Shown piece by piece: positions 50,715 to 63,322 of a DNA stretch of 64,000 nucleotides (position 1 is the stretch's first letter; each line of letters begins with the position of its first letter). The notes below the pieces were generated by a model. The model saw nothing but the letters and a program-made list of their open reading frames with translations, ran no database searches and was not told where the DNA came from. Made by a program: the position numbers and the translations under genes. Source of the DNA: Phaeosaccion multiseriatum (taxonomy: Eukaryota; Protista; Ochrophyta, other classes). The stretch covers positions 806,001 to 870,000 of the forward strand of contig OZ218963.1 of NCBI GenBank assembly GCA_965112735.1, in the 5' to 3' direction.

Positions 50715-53530
50715 GGAGTGAGGGAGGGAGTGAGTGACTGAGTGAGTGAGTGAGTGAGTGAGGGAGGGAGGGAGGGAGGGAGGGAGGGAGGGAGGGAGGG
50801 AGGGAGGGAGGGAGGGAGGGAGGGAGGGAGGGAGGGAGGGAGGGAGGGAGGGAGGGAGGGAGGGAGGGAGGGAGGGAGGGAGGGAGGAGTGAGTGAGTGA
50901 GTGAGTGAGTGAGTGAGTGAGTGAGTGAGTGAGTGAGTGAGTGAGTGAGTGAGTGAGTGAGTGAGTGAGTGAGTGAGTGAGGGAGTGAGTGAGTGAGTGA
51001 GTGAGTGAGTGAGTGAGTGAGTGAGTGAGTGAGTGAGTGAGTGAGTGAGTGAGTGAGTGAGTGAGTGAGTGAGTGAGTGAGTGAGTGAGTGAGTGAGTGA
51101 GTGAGTGAGTGAGTGAGTGAGTGAGTGAGTGAGTGAGTGAGTGAGTGAGTGAGTGAGTGAGTGAGTGAGTGAGTGAGTGAGTGAGTGAGTGAGTGAGTGA
51201 GTGAGTGAGTGAGTGAGTGAGTGAGTGAGTGAGTGAGTGAGTGAGTGAGTGAGTGAGTGAGTGAGTGAGTGAGTGAGTGAGTGAGTGAGTGAGTGAGTGA
51301 GTGAGTGAGGGAGTGAGTGAGTGAGTGAGTGAGTGAGTGAGTGAGTGAGTGAGTGAGTGAGTGAGTGAGTGAGTGAGTGAGTGAGTGAGTGAGTGAGTGA
51401 GTGAGTGAGTGAGTGAGTGAGTGAGTGAGTGAGTGAGTGAGTGAGTGAGTGAGTGAGTGAGTGAGTGAGTGAGTGAGTGAGTGAGTGAGTGAGTGAGTGA
51501 GTGAGTGAGTGAGTGAGTGAGTGAGTGAGTGAGTGAGTGAGTGAGTGAGTGAGTGAGTGAGTGAGTGAGTGAGTGAGTGAGTGAGTGAGTGAGTGAGTGA
51601 GTGAGTGAGTGAGTGAGTGAGTGAGTGAGTGAGTGAGTGAGTGAGTGAGTGAGTGAGTGAGTGAGTGAGTGAGTGAGTGAGTGAGTGAGTGAGTGAGTGA
51701 GTGAGTGAGTGAGTGAGTGAGTGAGTGAGTGAGTGAGTGAGTGAGTGAGTGAGTGAGTGAGTGAGTGAGTGAGTGAGTGAGTGAGTGAGTGAGTGAGTGA
51801 GTGAGTGAGTGAGTGAGTGGGTGAGTGAGTGAGTGAGTGAGTGAGTGAGTGAGTGAGTGAGTGAGTGAGTGAGTGAGTGAGTGAGTGAGTGAGTGAGTGA
51901 GTGAGTGAGTGAGTGAGTGAGTGAGTGAGTGAGTGAGTGAGTGAGTGAGTGAGTGAGTGAGTGAGTGAGTGAGTGAGTGAGTGAGTGAGTGAGTGAGTGA
52001 GTGAGTGAGTGAGTGAGTGAGTGAGTGAGTGAGTGAGTGAGTGAGTGAGTGAGTGAGTGAGTGAGTGAGTGAGTGAGTGAGTGAGTGAGTGAGTGAGTGA
52101 GTGAGTGAGTGAGTGAGTGAGTGAGTGAGTGAGTGAGGGAGTGAGTGAGTGAGTGAGTGAGTGAGGGAGGGAGGGGGGGAGGGAGGGAGTGAGTGGGTGA
52201 GTGAGTGAGTGAGTGAGTGAGTGAGTTGGTGAGTGAGTGAGTGGGAGTGGGAGTGAGTGAGTGGGTGAGTGAGTGAGTGAGTGAGTGAGTGAGTGAGTGA
52301 GTGAGTGAGTGAGTGAGTGAGTGAGTGAGTGAGTGAGTGAGTGAGTGAGTGAGTGAGTGAGTGAGTGAGTGAGTGAGTGAGTGAGTGAGTGAGTGAGTGA
52401 GTGAGTGAGTGAGTGAGTGAGTGAGTGAGTGAGTGAGTGAGTGAGTGAGTGAGTGAGTGAGTGAGTGAGTGAGTGAGTGAGTGAGTGAGTGAGTGAGTGA
52501 GTGAGTGAGTGAGTGAGTGAGTGAGTGAGTGAGTGAGTGAGTGAGTGAGTGAGTGAGTGAGTGAGTGAGTGAGTGAGTGAGTGAGTGAGTGAGTGAGTGA
52601 GTGAGTGAGTGAGTGAGTGAGTGAGTGAGTGAGTGAGTGAGTGAGTGAGTGAGTGAGTGAGTGAGTGAGTGAGGGGTGAGTGAGTGAGTGAGTGAGTGAG
52701 TGAGTGAGTGAGTGAGTGAGTGAGTGAGTGAGTGAGTGAGTGAGTGAGTGAGTGAGTGAGTGAGTGAGTGAGTGAGTGAGTGAGTGAGTGAGTGAGTGAG
52801 TGAGTGAGTGAGTGAGTGAGTGAGTGAGTGAGTGAGTGAGTGAGTGAGTGAGTGAGTGAGTGAGTGAGTGAGTGAGTGAGTGAGTGAGTGAGTGAGTGAG
52901 TGAGTGAGTGAGTGAGTGAGTGAGTGAGTGAGTGAGTGAGTGAGTGAGGGATACTTGAGTGAGTGAGTGAGTGAGTGAGTGAGTGAGTGAGTGAGTGAGT
53001 GAGTGAGTGAGTGAGTGAGTGAGTGAGTGAGTGAGTGAGTGAGTGAGTGAGTGAGTGAGTGAGTGAGTGAGTGAGTGAGTGAGTGAGTGAGTGAGTGAGT
53101 GAGTGAGTGAGTGAGTGAGTGAGTGAGTGAGTGAGTGAGTGAGTGAGTGAGTGAGTGAGTGAGTGAGTGAGTGAGTGAGTGAGTGAGTGAGTGAGTGAGT
53201 GAGTGAGTGAGTGAGTGAGTGAGTGAGTGAGTGAGTGAGTGAGTGAGTGAGTGAGTGAGTGAGTGAGTGAGTGAGTGAGTGAGTGAGTGAGTGAGTGAGT
53301 GAGTGAGTGAGGGTGTGAGTGAGTGAGTGAGGGTGTGAGTGAGTGAGTGAGTGAGTGAGTGAGTGAGTGAGTGAGTGAGTGAGTGAGTGAGTGAGTGAGT
53401 GAGTGAGTGAGTGAGTGAGTGAGTGAGTGAGTGAGTGAGTGAGTGAGTGAGTGAGTGAGTGAGTGAGTGAGTGAGTGAGTGAGTGAGTGAGGGAGGGAGG
53501 GAGGGAGTGAGTCGAAGTGAGGGAGGGAGG
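50715..53530. repeat. ~2.8-kb intergenic (GAGT)n array with (GGGA)n edges
   Basis: Directly visible between the kinase and homoserine dehydrogenase genes. Confidence 0.98.
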
Positions 53531-53643
53531 GAAAGGAGGGAAGTGAGAGAGTGAATTATCAGTTTCAGTGGATTAGGGGAAAAATGAAGGTGCGAGCGAA
53601 CAGGATTCACGAGCATCATCGTAATCGTCGAGGTCGTTGAGAG

Positions 53644-56600
53644 ATGACGCAGTTCCAGCAGCGGCAGCGGCAGCGGCAGCACCAGCAGAGGCGACGATTC
53701 GTTCGGCCCGCAGCCTGCTTGCTTGTAACAGTGGGCTGCCTCGCTCACCCCTCGAGCACCGCGGCCTTCATCCCTGGTGGCGGCACTGCATTATCATCAT
53801 CCACCTTCTCCTCACGCGCACCAGTAGAATCACCGCGAATAGCAGCAGCAGCAGGGTCTCCGAGGCAGTCGTACTCAATGCTCTCCTACGCCTCGTGCCG
53901 CTCTCTCCTGTCTCGCTCAGCACCCTCTAGAAGAGCTTTGCATCAGTTGAGAATGGCCGCAAGGGAAGGAGCAGAGCCGCTTAAAATCGGCTTGTTTGGC
54001 GGGGGGACGGTGGGGGGAGGGCTCTATGAGATCTGCGAGACGCAGAAGAAGGCAGCGTGGGAGGAGCTGGGTTGCCATGCGGAGATCGCCAAGGTGAGTT
54101 GCAGGAGAGGAAAAGGAGCCTTGCATCATCCCTGGAGCGAACTGCACACTCCTAGCGAACGGGCCTTGGGAGGTAGGGGGAGGGACGTTGGACACGAAAG
54201 AATGCGTAACCTTTTCTCACTGACCCTTCCCCCTGCTTTGCAACCTGCTTTGCAATTGTGTGGTGTGCGTGTGGTTAGATTTGCGTGCGTGATGTGGACA
54301 AGCCTCGCGACTTTGAGGTGAAGGCCCACACTTCCTTCACTTCCAAGTAAGTCAGAGAGATAGACTGAGAGGGGGAGAGAGAGAGAGAGAGAGAGAGAGA
54401 CGGAGGGAGAAAGAGAGCCGGGCCGAAAAAGAAAAACCTGTCCTCTTTGGATCCCCATCCAATTGCTTGCTCCTGCTCCACACGCACATCGGCAAGCAGA
54501 CGGAAGGAATCCCGCGTTGAGTCCATCCAGAGGGCGCAGTACCACCAGGGCATACATATATAGGATTTGGGCTTTACTGTTGGAAGAGACTAGTCCACCA
54601 CACATCCCAAACCTCCTTAATCCCCCAACAACAACCGGGTGTCTCTCTTGCCGTCTTCCCTCGCGCCCTGGCAGCTACGATGACATCCTGGAGGACGACA
54701 GTATCAATTGCGTGGTTGAGCTCATGGGAGGAGTCACAGACGCCAAGGTGGGCGGGGTGTAGGGTTATATGGGACCACACACACCCCCACACATACACAC
54801 ACGCTCGCACCACCCCTTCAGCTCTCTGACTCACGCACAGACACACACACACTCCTCTGTCCTGACACCTCCGGTGTCCTGAGACCCTCTTCGACTCTCT
54901 GACTGACTCACTCACATACTCACATACTCGCACCCACACGCACACACACACGCACACACACACGCACGCCACCACCCCGCGGCTCTCTTGACTTTCTGCC
55001 ACACTCACCTACCTACACAGGATGTGGTGTTCAAGGCCATCGCGAAGGGCAAGCACGTGGTCACTGCCAACAAAGCTCTCCTCGCGCAGTACCTGCCGGA
55101 GATCGAGAAGCTCCTGGGGGAGAACCCCGGAGTTCGGTTTGGCTACGAGGCCGCTGTCTGCGGAGGTGCGGGGCATGCAAGGCTTTTGAGGGGAGGGGAG
55201 GAAAGGAAAGGGAGGGGGGGGGGAGGCGAGGGAAGCAAGAGCTTCGTGTGGGTCGTTTTCTGTGGGTCGTTTTCGTGAGCGGTTTGAGTTGAGCTGCTTC
55301 TCCCCCCCTGTGTGTTTCCTCTCTGCCACGCACACCCCGCCCCTCCCTCCCTCCTTCCCTCCCTCCCTCCCTCCCTCCTTCCGTCCCTCCCTCCCTCTCT
55401 TTCTCCCTCCCTCCCTCTCTCCCTCCCTCCCTCCTTCCCTCCCTCCCTCCCTCCCTCCTTCCCTCTCTCCCTCCCTTCCTTCCCTCCCTTCCCTTCCTTC
55501 CCTCCCTCCTTCCCTCCTTCCCTCCCTCCCTCCCCTCCACCCAGGCATTCCCATAATCCACACACTGCAGAATGATTACGTGGGAGACAAGATCAAGAAG
55601 GTGAAGGGCGGTTTCAGTGTCAGTTGAATAGGCCTGCACAATGCGGATTTCAGATGAAACTTACGCCTTGACACAAGTGATAGGGCTGCATCTCTGCCAC
55701 TCTTCCTTCTATATACGTCTGTCAGTACGACCCGAAGATCAATATCGATGCTCGATACGACATATCGACCACGATAACCAATATCCTACACTACCTCGCT
55801 CGCTTGTTTGTGTGTGTGTGTGTGTGTGTCAAAGGTGCGAGGCATCATGAACGGTACCACCAACTTCATGCTCTCAAAGGTGAGTTTCAGTTTCAATTAT
55901 ATCCACCCGAGTCGTACGATACCCAATGTTTGTGTCGTACACAACAAAAGAGAAGGACAGAGAGAGAGAATGAGCGGACCAATCCATAACGAGAACGCGT
56001 GAATGAATGCATGGATGACTCACAGATGGAGGGCGAAGGAGCGGATTACAACGAAGTGCTCAAGGAGGCACAGGACCTGGGCTTTGCGGAAGGTGCGTGC
56101 GGTTGTGCGTGTGTGCTTGTGTGCGTGTGTGCTTGTGTGCGTGTGTGTGTGTGTTTGTGTTAGTGTGGGTGGATGGATGATGAATGTGTGTATATGTGTG
56201 CAAAGAGTCGAGCTGACTCGGCCCGTACCCGACGACCACGGAAGGATTGCGCATTCGGCTCACACGGGCGGGGGGGGGGGCTTGGCCTTAGAGACTGCCC
56301 TTAGTTCCGCAGGAGGGCTTCAGCTGAGCCGTGTATTTCATCTGTTGTCTATTGTCGTCCTCTCGTCCTCTCCACCCTCCCTCCCTCCCTCCCTCACCTC
56401 CCTCCCTCACCTCCCTCCCTCCCTCCCTTCCTTCCTCCCCTCCCTCTCTCCCTGCCTCCCTCCCTCCCCTCCCCTCCGTCCCCCCTTCACCTCCCTCCCT
56501 CCCTCCCTCCCCTCCCTCCCCTCTCTCCCTCCCTCCCTCTCTTCCCTCCCTCCCCTCTCTCCCTCCCTCCCCTCCCTCCCCTCCCTGACCGCCCTCCCTC

Positions 56601-59270
56601 CCTCACCACCCTCCCTCCCTCCCCTGCCTCAGCCGACCCCACCGCCGACGTGGAGGGGCTTGACGTGCAGGCAAAGATCGCCCTGCTGGCCAAGTTGGCC
56701 TACGGAGTCGACGTGCCTGTGGACGAGGTGCCGTGCGAGGGCATTAGCAAAATCACGGCGGTGGACTTTGAGTACGCCAAGGTGAGCAGTTAGTGATACA
56801 GCAGCTATAACAAATGGCATTGGCCAATATGGAACGGCATATTGCGAGACGTGTCAATCCTTCCTCTCCCTGTCCCTTCCTCTTCTGCAGATGATGGGCA
56901 GTACCATCAAGCTTCTCGGCAACGCCATCCTCAGCCAGGACGAGGTACGTGCAACTCAAACCAAACTCAAAGTCCCCCAACGACAACAAACCTGCATTGC
57001 ACTCTGCCTCTGAATTCATCCTCCAGTGAAAGCCATCTGTGGAAGCCGCGACACCATCCCAACCCCCCCCCCTCTCTCTCTCTCCCTCTCTTCCCCCCCG
57101 CTCTCTCCCCTCCTGCCCCCCCCTTCTTGTGTGTGGCTATCGCAGCAAAAGCTGTCGGTGTTTGTGTCGCCAGTTGTTGTCCCCATGGAGGATCCCATTG
57201 CGGCCACGAGGGGTGAGTGAGTCTACCTGTCTGCCTCTCTACCTACCTGTCTGTCCATCTAATCATCTATGTATCTCTCCATTCATCTCTCTCTCTATCT
57301 GCCTACTTACCTACCTACCTACCTACCTACCTACCTACCTACCCACTTGTATCACTCTTCCTACCTGTCTGTCTATCTATCCATCTGCCTATCTGCCACT
57401 CTGTCTACCTGTCGGTCCATCTATCCATCTATCTGCCGATCTGCCTACGTACTTACGTACGTACCTACCTACCTACCTACCCACTTGTATCACTCTTCAT
57501 ACCTACCTGTCTATCTGTCTACCTACCTGTCTATCTGTCTAACCTACCTGTCTATCTGTCTACCTACCTGTCTATCTGTCTATCTGTCCATCTATCCTAC
57601 TCACCCATCGTACTGCCTTCCTGCGTGTCGTTCTTTTGCTGCCATCTGCCATGCCCATCCTCCCTCCTCCTCCTCCTACTACTACTACTACTACTACTAC
57701 TCCTCCTCCTCCTCATCCCCCTCCCCCTCCTCCTCCTCCTCCTCCTCCTCCTCACGTGCTCAGGCCCCGGCAACATCGTGAGCATCACATCTCATAACCT
57801 CGATGTGTCGTCTTACAGCGGTCCGGGAGCCGGGCGTTTCCCCACCGCCAACTCCGTGGCCAGTGACACGTTTCGAGTGGCCACCAATCAGGTAGCGTAA
57901 CTGTGTGTGTAACTGTGTGTGTAACTGTGTGTAACTGTGTGTAACTGTGTGTAACTGTGTGTGTAACTGTCGATGAATCGCGATGTAGTCGGTGCGATTG
58001 TACACCTTGTACACCCCTTCCCCTTCAGCCTCAACACGTACTGTGCAATGCGAGTGTGTGCGTGTGGGTGAGTGGGTGGGTGGGTGCATGTGTGTGTGCG
58101 CGTGTGTGTGTGCGTGTGTGTGTGCGTGTGTAAATGGTTATCTGACTCCGAGCTCCCTCTACCCTCGTGCCTCCTTCTCCTCCTCCTCCTCCTCCTCCTC
58201 CTCCTCCTCCTTCTCCTCCCCCTCTTTGCGCGGTTGGTTGTCTACCCACCCACCAACAACTTCCTTCCTCTCCAACAGGCCCCCAAGCCGTTCCCCTTCA
58301 CGTCCAAACTGCAACTGGAGCCCAACTACCGGTCGTCCTTCTACACGCGCATCACGTGCAAGGACGAGCTCGGCATCATTAAGCGCGTGGGGGAACTTGC
58401 CGAGAAGAATGACGTGTCCATCCTGGCCATCCATCAGGTTAGGGTGTTGGTGATACAGAGGGAGGGGGGGAGGGGAGGGGACGAGGGAGAGAGGGGGAGG
58501 GAGGGAGGGAGGGAGGGAGGGGAGGGAGGGGAGGAGTGAAGAAGACGGAGGGAAGGAGGAAGGGAGAGCGAATGGACTGGACTGAGTGAGTGAGTGAGTG
58601 AGCGGATCCCTGCTTGCGTATCACTTGTGGCGGCTGTGGCAGCTGTAACGTCGTGGGGGTATGTCATGTCACCTCTACCTCTCTCTGACCTCTCTATAGT
58701 CAGACGCCTCCGTGCCCTGATGTCACCTCTACCTCTCCCAACCCTCTCCCCCTACCATACTGCCTCCCTGCCGTGGTGTGGTGTGCCGTGCCCCTTTGCG
58801 CCGTCTCGTTACCCCCTCCTCATTCCCCTACCATACCGCCTCCCTGCCCTACTCTTACCCTTCCCCACCTTACCCTGTACCCTGTACCGCATACCCTATA
58901 CCCCATACCCCATACCCTATACCTTATACCCTATACCCTATCTTCCTTCCCTATACCCTATACCTTATACCCTATACCCCATCCCTTTCACCCTATACCC
59001 TATACCCTATTACCCCCCCCTTATACCCTATACCCTATACCCCATACCCTATACCGCATACCCCATACCCCATATCCCATACCCTATACCCCATACCCTG
59101 TCCCTCACTCTACCCCACCCCCTGACCAGAACCCCATTGTGGACCGATCCAGCGTGGACTTTGTCGTTACCACGGATCCCTGTCGGCTGAGCCAAATCGC
59201 CTCCTTCTGCGACCACGTGGCAGCAGAGAAGTGGGCTCTGAACAGGCCTTTGTGCTTGAGCATGCTCTAA
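53644..59270 (+). CDS. hom: Plastid-targeted monofunctional homoserine dehydrogenase with C-terminal ACT domain, ~13 exons
   Basis: Signal plus AA-F presequence; LKIGLFGGGTVGGG; ICVRD; DDILEDDSINCVVELMGG; GKHVVTANKALLA; FGYEAAVCG-GIPII; VRGIMNGTTNFMLSK-M; EAQDLGFAE-ADPTADVEGLD; YSGPGAGRFPTANSVASD; ACT-like FYTRITCKDELGIIKRVG...VSILAIHQ. Confidence 0.95.
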
Positions 59271-60265
59271 GCAAGCAGCGCCTCACTGGCTGACTGGCTG
59301 ACTGGCTGACTGCTCCACGCCGCTGTAGGGGAGAGGGGAGGGGAGGGGAGGGGTGGCAGGCAGTGGAGGGGCGAGAGGAGAGGCCTTCTTGCGGCGCTGG
59401 CGGTGGGGTCTGATTGGGGGGGTGATTGGCCGTCCTTCCCTTGACTTAGAGTTGTTGTGTGCCATTTCGTTGTGGAATGGTAAGTAAACAATTGGAAGGT
59501 TTTTAGGTGAGCTTTTTGTGGGAGGAAAGGGAGGATTTGGCATATCTTCAGAGAGGTAAGATAGAGAGAGAGGAAAGATAGAGAAGGGGGAGGGGGGGCG
59601 GAGGATGCGTACACAAGAAAGTGAAGGTTACCTTACATTACACCTACACGGAACCGGCGCTTGCCTTTGGGTCAGGGTACTTACTGTACGCGCATCGTAA
59701 AAAAAAAAAAAAAAAGAAAAAAAAGGGAGAGTGCTGCTGCGCTCTCACGCCTTGCTTGTCTCACCTTTACATTTTTCTCCGCCTCCTTTGTTATTATTAA
59801 CTTGATAGGAATCACCTAAGAAACTGAAAGTGTGATTGTTGTGTGAGAGAGAGCAAGGGTACTTCAAGTAAACATTACTTTAAGCATGGAGAGAGAGAGA
59901 CAGTGTCTCCAGGGCCCAGGGCCCTCGAGGGGCCGGCCGGCGGTTTCACCCCACCTCTTCGGAGTGAAGGGTTGTCATAAGTCATTAAAAGGCAGCGGAC
60001 CTCTACTCCGCAATAAACCTATTGATGACCGGTTTTGGTGGGGCGAGATGCCCCACTCGGTGAAAGTGGGTATTTTTAGTACCCAATTTTTTTAAAAGTG
60101 GGTATTTTTAGTACAGTACCCAATATGGACCAGTAGGCCCCTCCCCCCCCCCCTCCTTTTTTGTGTGTATATCTCTCCCCTCCTCCTCCAAAATATACTA
60201 CGCTATGATATGACGATTTAATGGTATTACCACGATAGCAATGGTATTCATATTTACAGACACAC

Positions 60266-60650
60266 TTAGTGTCCGTCCTCAATCATGCATGGCTTACAGT
60301 AGTAGTCAAAATCGCCTTCCGCAAAACCCTTGCTGTCGCAAAACTCGACGGTGCACATGTGGTGCACGAGGTTTCCACACGCTCTTTCGGATGGGCAGAG
60401 GAACAGCTTGACTTGCGAGGGCTTAGTACAGCCATACGAGCATGTGAAGGCCATGTCTCCCTCTCTCAAGCCGCCCAACGACGGCGCTGCTGACGCGGCA
60501 GCAGCGGCAGTAGCGGCCGCAGCGGCCGCATCAGAGGCAGCAGCAGAAGCAGCATCAGAAGCAGTACCAGTACCAGTACGCTGTTTTTTTTGGGCCCCCC
60601 TTCCCCCACCCCTTCCTCCTCGTCCTCCTCCGGCTCCGCCTCCTCCTGTT

Positions 60651-60684
<34 letters not shown>

Positions 60685-63322
60685 TGCTGCTGCCACCTCC
60701 CTCCTCGTCGTCCTCTGCACCGCTATCACCTCCATCCCCCTCCTTCGACTCGTCTGCACCAGTGCCACTTTCCTTCGCCCTCGCCCGCTTCGCCCGTTTT
60801 TTCGCGTCCGCCTGCTGCGCGCTCCATAAATTATACACGGTGGTCCACACCAGCTGATTGAAGCGGCGCTTGTGAGAATCAGAACGAGACTTGATGTCAA
60901 AGGCGTCTTTGACTGCGTCAAACATGCTTCGCGCTTCTTCAAGCGTCGGCTTGTCCTTCCAGAGCCCCTTTTCTTTCGCCGCGGATTCAATCGCACCCAT
61001 CAAACAGCAAAATTTTGACATCCTTCGCTTCTCCGCCCTCCCCTGCACGTCTGCTGTCGTGAATTCTCGAAGGCGAGGAGTGCCTGTCATCCAAGCATCC
61101 CAAGCAGCGCGCACAGTGAAGCTAGGGACCTCAAAGTGCTCGGGAAGGGTATGCCACCGGCCGTTGTAGAGATACAGAGGTGGCTGATCTGCACCTGCAC
61201 AAGAAGAAGAAGAGGGCGGGGCGCTGCTCGAACCCTCACCAAGGCCCAGAGTGCCTGCCTGGTGAGCCGCGAGAAGGTCGCTGAGCCCACTCTTAGAAAA
61301 GGCTGCGTCGAGGGTCGTCTGCAGGGCCCTGCTCACACCCAGACTGGTGACAGTGCCAGAGGCCTGTGCATTCTCCTCCAGAACGTCACGGATCAGCGTC
61401 TCCAAGTCGACCTTGATCGTCTGGCCCAACACCTCAAGCTTGCCGCCTAGAGAGGCCACGCTGTCCGCCACGACTTGGAATTGCCTCAGCTGCACGACGT
61501 GGGGAGGAATCCCGGTTGCAGAAATCTCGTCCGTCTCGTCCGGATACTTCAGCACGACATGCTCTGAAAGGTCCGCCAGCAACCTTTGATCTCGGAAGAG
61601 CTGTGTCGTGAAAAGAGGGTGATTCTCCTGAAGAGTGCTGCGCAGAAAGCCGGCGTGGTACACCACACTGGCAAGACAGAATTCAGCCACCTTCCTCAAT
61701 CTCAGCGGCACGTCCCTGAAGCAGCTCACAATGGCTCCCGCGAGCACGTCTTCAATGCCCTCCTTCGCTGTGCCGTCCACCTTGAGGCGCTGAAAAAAGG
61801 GAGGAAGCAATGCAAACTCCTTCGCTGAGATGTTCGCGCCGGAGGCAGCCCGGCCCACATACTGATCTGCTGCATTGATGGGGTTGAAGTAGATGCCCTG
61901 CACGCCGGGAAGAGACCATCCCATAAGTTGCACAGCAATTGGGTTGGGAGCAGCGGACGAGCCGCTTGTGACGTGCGAGGCAGCGCCCTTGCGCCCAGAA
62001 TGAGTGCCGAGGTCCTCTGGAGTCAGCCCCATGCCTTCCAAAATGGACGAGTTCGCCGCCGCCGTACGTCTGAGGAAGCCGCAATACCTATCGTACTGAT
62101 TGTTGCCAGCGAACAGCGCGTTCTTCTCAAACCAAAGCTCAGGAGGTAAACACCAAGCGCGAGGACGGGGCAGATCTCCGGCATGATTGGATTCGCGTAG
62201 ACGTGGCGAGGATGTCGGGCCTTCTCTCCCAGCTGATCGCCCTTTTGCTTCCCAAAATAGACGCAGAGCGCGTCCCCCTTCCACTCGAGATGATCGAGAC
62301 AAATCTCCACACAGTTGGTGGCGCGGCACATCAGATTCCAGGAGAGAACGAGGAAGGGGTGGCCAAAGGCGCCCTGTCTGTGCCCGTTCTCACAGACTGC
62401 CGAGCTCAGCATTGCTGCGATGTACACAAGCGAAGGAAACAGTGGCAACCAAAGACGGCGTCAGGGCTAGGAAGTGAGTGGGGGGCATTCAATGCATCAG
62501 CCACTTGTCTCCACCCACTCCACTAGTTTCCACTGTCCACTGACTCCACACAGCTGGGAATTTACCTTTGGCAAGAGCGCGGTAGAGAGCGAACGGCATG
62601 GGAGCCTTCCCTTCTCTGACTTCGACATTTCCCTCCTGCTTCTCTCCTGCGATCGTCCTCTTCAGCCCCTTGGTGAGCGTCGCAAGGTCGCTTTGCAATT
62701 TGCGGTGCTGTTCCTCCTGATGGTAGTCTCTGTACAGATTGAAGAGTGCAGAGCGTTTCGACTGTGCACCGGCCTTGGATAAGCCCTTCGGCCCCTTCTT
62801 GACTTCAAGCAGCCACCCGAAGAACGCGTCGGCTGTCAGCAGATGGAACAGCAAAGGGTGCGGCGCCCGAGGTGCTTGGATCAAGTGTGCCTTCACCCGC
62901 TTCGTCCACTGCGCCTCAGCCTTCTTCTTGGCCTTTGCTTGGGCTTTCGCTGCTCTCGACACCTCAGCCGGCGTCTGCTGTGCCGCTGCAGTGGCACCAC
63001 CCGCTCCGCCAGGTGCGGCGGCTGCTGCGGCTGCTGCTGCTCTCCTCTGTGCTTCCTCCTCTTCCCCATCTTCCCCGTCTTCCTCCTCTTCCCCTTCCGG
63101 TGGAGCAAATGCTGTCCTGAAGTCAGGGTCCAGAAGCTCCGGGTGCTTGCGGAAGAGGTATCGGATCAGCATGGTGGAGGCGCATGCATATCCACTTCTC
63201 GAGCGTGGGGCGATGGTGTTGTTTCGGAGGTTCTGAATCTGCTGCTGCTCTGCAGTAAGCGGTGCTTCTTCCCCCTCTGCTGCTGGTGCTTCCGGAACCG
63301 TAGCAACAGCGACGTCAGCCAT
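60266..63322 (-). mobile_element. Crypton-like tyrosine-recombinase transposon ORF (~970 aa; one intron 62565-62415; one frameshift near 62130)
   Basis: Y-recombinase catalytic set: WNLMCR (R), QKGDQ (K), GTHSGRKGAA (HxxR), MGW (W), GVQGIY (Y). Family-typical segments: RSALFNLYRDY, EGKAPMPFALY, PRHVYANPIMPEICPVLALGVY, DQYVGR, LPPFF, FCLASVVYH, ATGIPPHV. A GCR1_C-like region WHTLPEHFEVPSFTVRAAWDAW follows, then a C-terminal Cys/His finger. No reverse transcriptase is present. Confidence 0.88.

Noticed and set aside
49885-53748. 1287-aa ORF of (SLTH)n and similar long (PPSL)n/(GGRE)n ORFs at 7-954, 8110-9087 and 26379-27757
   Set aside because: Stop-free translations of tetranucleotide microsatellites; they lie in introns or intergenic DNA.
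60023-60066. Hammerhead-like TTGATGA...GAAA
   Set aside because: The core is UUGAUGA rather than CUGAUGA, the stem II register is off, and I found no stems I/III with an NUH site.
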